Assembly (NCBI GenBank): GCA_020056515.1
Contig: JAGVHP010000034.1
Coordinates: 1-24,185 of the forward strand
Direction: 5' to 3'
DNA length: 24,185 nt
Source of the DNA: Candidatus Shapirobacteria bacterium
Lineage (GTDB): Bacteria > Patescibacteriota > Microgenomatia > UBA12405
The notes beneath the pieces are model-generated. The model was given only the letters and a program-made list of their open reading frames with translations. It searched no databases and was not told the DNA's origin. Position 1 is the stretch's first letter. Every line of letters begins with the position of its first letter. Both the position numbers and the translations under genes were made by a program. Positions 16,641-24,185 of this stretch are shown here, one piece after another.

Positions 16641-16707
16641 TCAATTATTAATTATCAATTAAGTTCACAGGATTTCGCAAGGCTCAAAATTACGAATTTC
16701 AAATTTT
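16641..16707 (+). repeat. Degenerate tandem heptamer repeats
   Basis: TCAATTA-TTAATTA-TCAATTA (16641-16661) and AAATTAC-GAATTTC-AAATTTT (16687-16707). Confidence 0.45.
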
Positions 16708-16721
16708 TTTTAATTATTGCT

Positions 16722-18179
16722 TTGCTTGTTTTTGCCGGGACGAAGACTGTAGGAGCGACGGAAAAGGTGGCAACACTGGTCAACCCGGTGAGAGGGAGAG
16801 AACTGTGGCGGGATAAAAGCCTAAAACCAATCAGGGACCAGTACCGGGTGATCCGAGAAAATGATTTTGGGGCGACCTGGCTACTTCAAGACGAGGTGAC
16901 AGATGACAGTGAGCTGGTAGCGGAAATTAAAAGCTTTAATGAGAAACAAGAGCTGGGGGTATTTTTGGAGGTGACCAAAAAATTGGCGTTAAAAGCGAGA
17001 GTCTATTTTGACGAAGAGCGGCCCAGTTACGATCCGGGAGTGATCTTTTTGTCCGGTTATGAGCGGGAAGAGAGAGTCAAAATCATTGATAAGATAATGG
17101 ATGATTTTAAAACTACTTTTAGCTATTTTCCTAAATCGGCGGGAGCATGGTGGATTGACTCATATTCTCTAAATTACCTAGAAAAGAAGTATGGGATTAA
17201 GGCGGCGCTGATAGTGGCCGACCAAACAACTACCGATAACTACGGTGTCTGGGGGCAATGGTGGGGATTCCCCTACTTCCCGGATAAAACGAATATTTTG
17301 ATACCGGGAAACTCAAAGGTTTTGGTGATGCAGTGGGCGCAAAGAGATCCGGAAACAGCCTATTTTGGTCAAGGACCGGAGGTGTCAAATCACTCACTTC
17401 AGGCGAATGACTACATCAGCTTGGGACTAGATACTGAGTATTTCAAAAAAATAGCCGGTATCTATTTTGACCAAAGAAATAAGCTGGGTCAAATTACTGT
17501 GGGTCTGGAAACCGGAATGGAAAGTGTGCCCTTTCAAAAAGAATACGAAAAGCAATTGGCGTGGATAAAAAAAGAAAAAATAACCGACTTGACTATGGGC
17601 CAGATGGCAGATAAATATCAGCAAACTTATGGAAAAAACCCGAATGAAATCTGGATTGAAAACTGGAGACTGACACCGGAAATGAGAGAAAATTTAAAAT
17701 TTGGCGAGAAGACGGAATACATCAAAGGAATGGCATTTAATGACTATTTTGAGAAAGACACGGCGCTATTTCTAAACCGGATATATAATAAAAATAATTT
17801 AATTAAAGTACCAATAATACCAACCGATTGGTGGTGGCAAATAGGATTGATAGTGACAGGGATGTTGGTGGCAATAAAATTGCCCGAAGTAAAATGGGTG
17901 GGGGTAGCGGGGGTATTGGGAATAGTGATTTTGGGGATGATACATGCCCGATACACGGTGGTTAACGGAGAAAAAATGATGGGATTTTTGGTAGATAATT
18001 TGCGATTTGTGGGGATAAATTTAAAACACGGCTGGGTAAACACTGATCTAAGTAATTTGGTGGCCAAGTCAATGTTAAAAATTAGGGTGGAGCAAATAAG
18101 TTATGTTTATTGGTTATCATTGGGATTAGTGGTTGGAAAAATATATGGAAAATTTAACCAGACAAGAAAAGATAAATAA
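16722..18179 (+). CDS. Exported glycoside hydrolase/deacetylase-superfamily protein (DUF3863-like) with C-terminal TM helices; start uncertain
   Basis: ATWLL, ELGVFLEV, FSYFPKSAGAWWIDSYSL and DQTTTDNYGVWGQWWGFPYFP; the frame is open upstream of the TTG. Confidence 0.6.
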   Translation: MLVFAGTKTVGATEKVATLVNPVRGRELWRDKSLKPIRDQYRVIRENDFGATWLLQDEVTDDSELVAEIKSFNEKQELGVFLEVTKKLALKARVYFDEERPSYDPGVIFLSGYEREERVKIIDKIMDDFKTTFSYFPKSAGAWWIDSYSLNYLEKKYGIKAALIVADQTTTDNYGVWGQWWGFPYFPDKTNILIPGNSKVLVMQWAQRDPETAYFGQGPEVSNHSLQANDYISLGLDTEYFKKIAGIYFDQRNKLGQITVGLETGMESVPFQKEYEKQLAWIKKEKITDLTMGQMADKYQQTYGKNPNEIWIENWRLTPEMRENLKFGEKTEYIKGMAFNDYFEKDTALFLNRIYNKNNLIKVPIIPTDWWWQIGLIVTGMLVAIKLPEVKWVGVAGVLGIVILGMIHARYTVVNGEKMMGFLVDNLRFVGINLKHGWVNTDLSNLVAKSMLKIRVEQISYVYWLSLGLVVGKIYGKFNQTRKDK

Positions 18180-18654
18180 AATGATGGCGGCACGACATCA
18201 GGGAATAGTAGTGCTGGAAGACATCCATGATCCGCATAACGCGGCGGCGGTGTGGAGATCGGCTGATGCATTTGGATTTGGAAAAATATATTTAATTTTT
18301 GAACAAGAGGCTAAATTTAATCCCAAAAAGGTGGGAAAGGAAACGTCGGGGTCAGCCAATAAATGGTTAGATTTTGAAATATTTAGTAGTGCAGAGGAAT
18401 GCTTCCAAAAACTAAAAGAACAGGGTTATAAAATTTATGCGACAGTTTTGGATAGAGAGGCTAAGATTTTAAACGAAATAAAATTTGAAAATAAAACGGC
18501 CATAGTTTTGGGAAATGAGCATCGGGGGTTGTCGGAAGAAGCCATAAAGATGGCGGATGAAAAAATATATATTCCAATGCTGGGGATGGTGCAGAGTTTG
18601 AATTTGTCAGTGACGGCGGGGATTTGCATGTGGGAGTATACTCAATCCCTCTAA
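18145..18654 (+). CDS. trmH: SpoU/TrmH-family RNA 2'-O-methyltransferase (tRNA Gm18-like)
   Basis: VLEDIHDPHNAAAVWRSADAFG, LGNEHRGLS and IPMLGMVQSLNLSV SPOUT motifs; ATG 18145 preferred over TTG 18133. Confidence 0.85.
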   Translation: MENLTRQEKINKMMAARHQGIVVLEDIHDPHNAAAVWRSADAFGFGKIYLIFEQEAKFNPKKVGKETSGSANKWLDFEIFSSAEECFQKLKEQGYKIYATVLDREAKILNEIKFENKTAIVLGNEHRGLSEEAIKMADEKIYIPMLGMVQSLNLSVTAGICMWEYTQSL

Positions 18655-18696
18655 ATGGGCGGCGGGACATTGGTTTGTTGCGGACAAGCGATGATA

Positions 18697-20136
18697 TTAA
18701 CGACCTAAATCATCAACTATTTTAGATAATTTGGCAATTATATTCCGAGTGATTTGGGGAGCATAACCGGTGTAAGTTTCAGGGCTGATCTGACTAAGCT
18801 TTTTTTTGGTAGAGGAATTTGAGGATGACTGTTTGATCCAGGACTGAACATCGGTTTGGTTCAGATTTTGACCACGGGAAAGATTTTTTAGTTGTTCATA
18901 GGCATCGGCTTGACCGGAAACCCGAAGCTGAGACTGAAGACCTTCAGAAATAATGGACCAATCAGTAGTTAATTCCGACTTTATCCTGTCGCGATTAGCT
19001 TCAATTCGATTTAAGCCTTTAATAAGGGAAATAAGTGAGATGAGAGAATAGCCAAAGGGCAGACCAAGATTACGGTGGATAGTTTTGTCGACCAAATCAC
19101 GTTGGAGCCAGGAAATAGGTAATTGTCTGATCAGGCCCTCAAAAATCCAACTTGATAAAAGGGAATTGCCTTGAGAGTTTTCAAAATCAATTGGATTGAC
19201 TTTTTGGGGCATGGCTGAAGAACCATATTCGGTTTTGACGGTTTTGAGTTTGAGCCAATTTAGACCGATCATCAGCCTTAGATCCTGACAAAAATCAATT
19301 GAAATAGTGTTGATCTGATGAAAGAGAGAGTAGAGCTGAACCTGGTGATCACGGGGTTCGATTTGGGTGGTGTAGAGATTGGGTTCTAAACCAAGAGATT
19401 TAATAAAAGAAGCACTGAAATTGAGCCAATTGGTTTTGGGAAAGGCAGCAAAATGAGCCGCCAGATTACCAATGGCTCCGGTCAGTTTACCGTAAGACCG
19501 GAAAGATTTAATTGTCTCAAATGTTTGAGCCAATCTAATACCAAAAAGGGCCAGTTCTTTGCCTAAAATGGTGGGAGCAGCGGGTTGAAGATGGGTTTTG
19601 CCGGGAATGACGACATCGATATTTTCCGAAGAGAGTCTGATTATTTCATTTAATAATTTAATGGCTATGGGAATGTATTCCTGTTTAACAAAAGAATCGG
19701 TTAAAAGAGCCCGGGCGGTGTCATCAATATCATTGGTGGTTAAACCCCAGTGAATCCAGCCGTGGTTGACTAAATCAAGAAGGGTGCTGTTTGATAAAAG
19801 AACTTTAAAGATGTTATTGGCGGCAATCAGATCATGTCTGGTTTCAGCTTCTATACTCCTGATTTGCTGATAAACCGATGAGTTTATTTGGGTATAAAGA
19901 TTAAGAAGGGTGTTTTTTTCGACAGAACTTAGTGGTCTGATAATCTTAGATTCGGAGAGAGCGATAAGATACCGGGATTCGAGTCCAATCCGACTACGGA
20001 CCATGGCTTCGTCGCTGAAATAACGACCAATGGTGGCTCCAACTTCCTGCCAAAGCCGGCCGTCAAGATTGGAAATAGCAGTCCCCTCCCGAAGGGTGAT
20101 ATCGGCGGGGTCGAGTTGAAATTGGGGTTTGACCAT
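18697..20136 (-). CDS. purB: Adenylosuccinate lyase
   Basis: ETRHD, GKTHLQPA (catalytic His), signature SSAMPQKVNPIDFEN and LQRDL; directly downstream of purA. Confidence 0.92.
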   Translation of the reverse strand: MVKPQFQLDPADITLREGTAISNLDGRLWQEVGATIGRYFSDEAMVRSRIGLESRYLIALSESKIIRPLSSVEKNTLLNLYTQINSSVYQQIRSIEAETRHDLIAANNIFKVLLSNSTLLDLVNHGWIHWGLTTNDIDDTARALLTDSFVKQEYIPIAIKLLNEIIRLSSENIDVVIPGKTHLQPAAPTILGKELALFGIRLAQTFETIKSFRSYGKLTGAIGNLAAHFAAFPKTNWLNFSASFIKSLGLEPNLYTTQIEPRDHQVQLYSLFHQINTISIDFCQDLRLMIGLNWLKLKTVKTEYGSSAMPQKVNPIDFENSQGNSLLSSWIFEGLIRQLPISWLQRDLVDKTIHRNLGLPFGYSLISLISLIKGLNRIEANRDRIKSELTTDWSIISEGLQSQLRVSGQADAYEQLKNLSRGQNLNQTDVQSWIKQSSSNSSTKKKLSQISPETYTGYAPQITRNIIAKLSKIVDDLGR

Positions 20137-20137
20137 A

Positions 20138-21484
20138 TTATCTTAAAAGAACAGCATTTTGGTGTTGGCCAACGCCGATAAAAGTAATATTCCGTCCAAG
20201 TTGTTTTTCAACAAAAAGAACGTATTTTTGGGCATTAACCGGTAAATCTTTGAAATTCCGGATACTACTGATGTCTTCTTTCCAGCCGGGCAGGTGGTGA
20301 TAAACAGCCTTTACCTGAAATAATGTTTGAGCATCAGGATGGGGAATAGTAGAATATTTTTTGCCCTGGAACTGATAAGCAGTACAAAGAGGAATGGTGT
20401 CAAAACCCGAAAGAACATCAAGTTTGGTCAGGGCGATTTCGTCAGACAGATCAACTCCGGCAACATTGAGTCCGTAACGGATCAGAGGAAGATCAATGGG
20501 TCCACAATGCCGGGGGCGGCCGGATCTGGCGCCCATTTCACCGCCTTTTTGTCTTAGCAGGTTTCCAAAAGTTTCACTGTCTTCGGTGGGCATGGGACCA
20601 CCACCTACCCGGGTTTGATAGGCCTTGGTAGCTACCAAAATCCGTTTAAGACTACGGACGGCCTTGCCTCCAAAAGAACGATAGATGGCTCCGAGGGCAA
20701 CATTGACACCGGTGGTGTAAGGCCACGATCCATGGCTGATATCCAACATGGCTCCGTGAGAATCTTCAAAAACAATTTTTTTATCGGAATCGATGGCTTT
20801 CCAAATATAGGCGATAGTGTCCTGAAGATATGGTTTAAAAAATTGTCTGTAATCCTGGTAATCTTTAATGATTTGTTTTGAATCCAATTGTTGATCAACA
20901 TGACTAGTTTGGCCGGTTTTTCGCTTGACTTCCTGAGCCATTTGTTTGATTAGGACTTCCTGATTAGTCAGCTCATTGAGAAGTTTTTTCTGCCATTGAC
21001 GGTCATATAAATCAAGAAGGCGGAGTCCGCAGCGGTTGACCCGGTCGCTATAGGTCCAACCAACCCCAAGATGAAGTGAGCCAATGGCTAGATGACCTTT
21101 GGCTTCTTCAGAAAGGGCATCTCTGATTTTATGCCAAGGCATAATTAAATGAGAATTAGGGTCGAGAATAAAAGTGGCCGGAGAGATTTTAAAACCCTGA
21201 TGGTTGAGAGTTTCGATTTCATTTTTAAGGAAAGTTAAATTAACAACAACTTCCGGCCCGATAAGATTGATGGTTTTGGGGTTGGTGACGGTGCTGGGAA
21301 TATAGCCGAGAGAAAATTTACCTTGGTCGGTAACTATGGTATGACCGGCATTGTTGCCGCCAATGATCTTGGCGCCGATATCAGCCTGAAGATAGCTGAC
21401 ACATTTACCTTTGCCACTATCGCCCCAACCAACATCAGTTAAAAGGACCGAACCCTTGGACCAGTTTTTGAAAATTGATTTCAT
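20138..21484 (-). CDS. purA: Adenylosuccinate synthetase family protein, divergent
   Basis: WGDSGKGK, GGNNAGHT, KAYQTRVGGGP, GRPR and TKLDVL; several substrate-pocket residues differ from canonical PurA. Confidence 0.85.
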   Translation of the reverse strand: MKSIFKNWSKGSVLLTDVGWGDSGKGKCVSYLQADIGAKIIGGNNAGHTIVTDQGKFSLGYIPSTVTNPKTINLIGPEVVVNLTFLKNEIETLNHQGFKISPATFILDPNSHLIMPWHKIRDALSEEAKGHLAIGSLHLGVGWTYSDRVNRCGLRLLDLYDRQWQKKLLNELTNQEVLIKQMAQEVKRKTGQTSHVDQQLDSKQIIKDYQDYRQFFKPYLQDTIAYIWKAIDSDKKIVFEDSHGAMLDISHGSWPYTTGVNVALGAIYRSFGGKAVRSLKRILVATKAYQTRVGGGPMPTEDSETFGNLLRQKGGEMGARSGRPRHCGPIDLPLIRYGLNVAGVDLSDEIALTKLDVLSGFDTIPLCTAYQFQGKKYSTIPHPDAQTLFQVKAVYHHLPGWKEDISSIRNFKDLPVNAQKYVLFVEKQLGRNITFIGVGQHQNAVLLR

Positions 21485-21496
21485 GTAAAATAGCTT

Positions 21497-22021
21497 GTGT
21501 TAAAAATTAACGCACCCAACTATCTTTACTGTCCTTTTTGTAAAAGTCAACTGGCACAAAGGGAAGATGAAGAAATAATAAGAAAGTATTGCCCTAAGTG
21601 CCTTTGGGTTTATTATCCCCAAGCTTTTGACTCGGTGGCGGCAGTTATTATCAGAAACGGAAAAATGTTGATGGTTAAAAGGAAAAGAGAGCCATATAAA
21701 GACAGCTGGATGTTTCCCGGTGGTTTTATTGAATTTGGAGAACACCCTGAAGATACACTTAAACGAGAGGTGAAAGAAGAATGTGGTTTGAAGATATTAC
21801 AAAGTAAATTGATAGAGGTGGTACAGACTAGTGATGATTTCCGGGCGCCGGGGAATTTGGTATTTTTTTATAAAGTAAAAACAGCGGGAAAAAAGGTAAA
21901 AACTGATAGTGGGGAGAATAGTGATATCCGGTGGTTTTGGATTAAAAAGGCGCCGAAAATTGGCTGGAAATCGCAGAAATATATTTTAAAAAAATTTTTC
22001 CTTGACAGTAAAGAGGAATAA
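21497..22021 (+). CDS. NUDIX hydrolase with N-terminal zinc ribbon
   Basis: CPFC...CPKC and an intact Nudix box GGFIEFGEHPEDTLKREVKEECG. Confidence 0.9.
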   Translation: MLKINAPNYLYCPFCKSQLAQREDEEIIRKYCPKCLWVYYPQAFDSVAAVIIRNGKMLMVKRKREPYKDSWMFPGGFIEFGEHPEDTLKREVKEECGLKILQSKLIEVVQTSDDFRAPGNLVFFYKVKTAGKKVKTDSGENSDIRWFWIKKAPKIGWKSQKYILKKFFLDSKEE

Positions 22022-22036
22022 GGATAATGTTTACAA

Positions 22037-23422
22037 GTGAGTTTTAAAAAGTACGACGGAGTGATAATTGGAGCCGGACCGGCGGGTATCTTCACAGCTT
22101 TAGAACTGGTTAAAAGCAATCAAAAAATATTATTGTTGGACAAAGGTAAAAGCCTTGAAGACAGGGTAAAACAAGGGGTGAGGGATGCAGGGAGCGGTTG
22201 GGGGGGGAGTGGGGCATATTCGGACGGAAAACTAAACATTTCCACTACAGCAATCGGAGTAAAAATTACCGATTACATGAAAGAGGAAGACTTTGTCAGA
22301 CTAGTGTTAAAAGCCGATCAGATCTGGGTGGAGTACGGAGCACCGAAGAAGTTGTACGGCACGGATCAAAAGAAAATAGCCATGATTGAAAAAGCATTAA
22401 AAAAAACCCGATTAGAAATCAAAGTCAGCCCTATCCGCCACATCGGGACCGGAAGAACATTTGAGGTGTTGGGAAAGATGTATGACTATTTAAAGCAAAA
22501 TACGGAAATCAAATTTGAAGCGGAGGTGGAAGAAATATTGGTGGATGAGCAAAAAAAAGTAAGAGGGGTGCGGTTGAGTGGAGGAAAAGAAATTTTGGCA
22601 TCATGGGTAGTGGTAGCCCCGGGCAGATGCGGAAGTGGTTGGTTTACAGGGGAAGTGGGAAAAATGGGTTTAAAGAAAATTGTCCACCCGGTGGAAATCG
22701 GGGTAAGGGTGGAAGTACCGGCTAAAGTAATGAAAAAAGTAACCGATGTATTATATGAAGCAAAAATTTCGTATCGAACAAAAACTTTTGATGATTTTGT
22801 GAGAACTTTTTGTATGTGCCCGAATGGTTTTGTAACTGACGAAGTGGTAGGAGTTAATGGTCATCCGGTAATAAGTGTTAACGGTCATACCTTCAGTGAC
22901 CGTAAATCAAATAACACGAATTTCGCCCTGCTGGTAAAAAATTCTTTTACTCAACCGTTTAACCAACCAAATTTATACGGGTCCTATGTTACCGGACTGG
23001 CCAATTTACTATCGGGAGGTGTCTTGGTCCAAAGGTTGGGTGATTTATTGGCCGGGAGAAGATCAACGATAGAGAGAATAAAAAGCGGCCGAGTAAAACC
23101 CAGTCTGAATACGGCGGTGCCGGGTGATTTGGCCTTTTCGCTACCATACCGCCACCTAAGCAACCTCCTGGAAATGCTAAAAGAAATGGATAAATTAGCA
23201 CCGGGAATATTTTCATTTGATACACTACTGTACGGGAATGAAGTTAAATTTTTCTCGGCCGGGCCATCTTTAAGTCCATGTTTGGAAACTGAAATAAAAA
23301 ATTTATTTGCCTGCGGTGATGGAGCAGGGGTAAGTGCCAATTTGCTTCACGCGGCAGTAACCGGACTTAAGGTAGGAGAAGAAATAAATAAAAGGTTTTA
23401 TGAAAAAAACTTGGAAACTTGA
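22037..23422 (+). CDS. NAD(P)/FAD-dependent oxidoreductase (COG2509-like, uncharacterised)
   Basis: IIGAGPAG dinucleotide fold, GSGAYSDGKL, RTFCMCPNG and FACGDGAG. Confidence 0.88.
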   Translation: MSFKKYDGVIIGAGPAGIFTALELVKSNQKILLLDKGKSLEDRVKQGVRDAGSGWGGSGAYSDGKLNISTTAIGVKITDYMKEEDFVRLVLKADQIWVEYGAPKKLYGTDQKKIAMIEKALKKTRLEIKVSPIRHIGTGRTFEVLGKMYDYLKQNTEIKFEAEVEEILVDEQKKVRGVRLSGGKEILASWVVVAPGRCGSGWFTGEVGKMGLKKIVHPVEIGVRVEVPAKVMKKVTDVLYEAKISYRTKTFDDFVRTFCMCPNGFVTDEVVGVNGHPVISVNGHTFSDRKSNNTNFALLVKNSFTQPFNQPNLYGSYVTGLANLLSGGVLVQRLGDLLAGRRSTIERIKSGRVKPSLNTAVPGDLAFSLPYRHLSNLLEMLKEMDKLAPGIFSFDTLLYGNEVKFFSAGPSLSPCLETEIKNLFACGDGAGVSANLLHAAVTGLKVGEEINKRFYEKNLET

Positions 23423-24185
23423 TGATATTTTACCGATAGGTCAATTTGGTGATTTGTATAGGGAAATTGAAAAAGATTTGGAAAAAATGAGGAAATATGT
23501 CGGTGAGTTAAAACCTGATATTTCTAAAGAAAAGTTTAAAGAGATTCTGGAATTTTCAGAAGAAGAGGAAGAAAAAATGGCAAGACTCGGCGGTTTGCCG
23601 GGACTAATGGAGGCGGTTAACCAAATAGACCCGGAGGCAAAGTTATTAAAATCAAAGGTAGAAAATTTGGCCCTAAGGTGGAGCGAGGTGGGAATAATTA
23701 TGTCTTTGTGGATTAAAGGTAAAAGAGACCCAAAATTAGACGATAAAAATGCTAAAAGAATTTTTGGGGTGATAACTGATCTTCAATACAGACTAAAACG
23801 AAGCCGAGAATTGGCTAAATACAGCCTGCTGGAACGGGAGGAAAACATAATTGTTAATAAGGATGTCAATGGTCTGGGGGTGCTGGAGGAACTAAGGGAA
23901 ATGATATCGGCGGAAATGGAATATGAGATAGAAATAGACGGAAAAAAGATGCTAATAAAGACCCAGTCAGAATTACTGGCTCTGGTTTATGACCCAAGGG
24001 ATGAAGTAAGAAGGGCAGCCTATAGGGCACTGCTTTTAAAACAAAAAGAAAACCTACCTAAGTTCTTTGCTATATATTCCGCCGTAGTTAAGGATTGGAA
24101 TTATGAGATGAAACTCCGGGGTTACAAAAGTGCGATAACAGTAAGAAACCTAGCCAATGACATACCGGATGAGGCGGTGGAAGAA
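23400..24185 (+). CDS. Oligoendopeptidase F (peptidase M3B) N-terminal part; runs off the right edge
   Basis: Not in the ORF track. Manual translation from ATG 23400 gives MKKTWKLDDIL...LLEREENII...DPRDEVRRAAY...LRGYKSAITVRNLANDIPDEAVE. The HEXXH site is not reached within the window. Confidence 0.78.
   Translation, partial: MKKTWKLDDILPIGQFGDLYREIEKDLEKMRKYVGELKPDISKEKFKEILEFSEEEEEKMARLGGLPGLMEAVNQIDPEAKLLKSKVENLALRWSEVGIIMSLWIKGKRDPKLDDKNAKRIFGVITDLQYRLKRSRELAKYSLLEREENIIVNKDVNGLGVLEELREMISAEMEYEIEIDGKKMLIKTQSELLALVYDPRDEVRRAAYRALLLKQKENLPKFFAIYSAVVKDWNYEMKLRGYKSAITVRNLANDIPDEAVEE

Noticed and set aside
18634-18643. 10-bp palindrome GAGTATACTC at the end of trmH
   Set aside because: It lies in coding sequence, is short enough to occur by chance and has no second copy
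18655-18696. Weak hairpin GTTTGT-TGCGG-ACAAGC between convergent trmH and purB as a terminator
   Set aside because: Only 6 bp including a G-U pair and no U-tract; not enough to call
20138-21484. Calling the divergent PurA a PurZ (Z-genome enzyme)
   Set aside because: Catalytic Asp13 is retained (WGDSGKG; the Ser is one position later), and there is no phage context or DatZ/MazZ neighbour
442-23340. Numerous short antisense or alternative-frame ORFs in the track (e.g. 442..630, 1434..1703, 4332..4850, 12270..12668, 14847..15299, 17744..18067, 22984..23340)
   Set aside because: They are fully nested in well-supported genes and have no recognisable motifs; shadow ORFs

Overview
Bacterial chromosomal window, standard genetic code, with no CRISPR array, rRNA, integrase or recognisable transposase. 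The gene families suggest a Patescibacteria/CPR (Microgenomates-like) genome; this is inference only. From left to right it holds a partial ABC exporter, NUDIX, a frameshifted hypothetical gene, an EamA/DMT transporter, flavodoxin and a frameshift-split class III aminotransferase. Next is a 4-kb island of five Ser/Arg tRNAs interleaved with two NUDIX genes, a CAP protein and two homologous LAGLIDADG-like ORFs, each directly 5' of a tRNA. A metallophosphoesterase, a MacAB-like efflux operon with an OmpR-type two-component system, a collapsed DUF2207 gene and a deacetylase/GH-fold protein follow. The window ends with trmH, purB, a divergent purA, a Zn-ribbon NUDIX, an FAD oxidoreductase and a partial oligoendopeptidase F. 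The best leads are the tRNA-abutting LAGLIDADG-like ORFs (one has its stop codon inside the tRNA), -10 hexamers 5-8 nt before about 13 start codons (leaderless expression), a shared 11-bp-period operator for the two-component system, a PurA with altered substrate pockets, two homopolymer frameshifts and two in-frame internal deletions.
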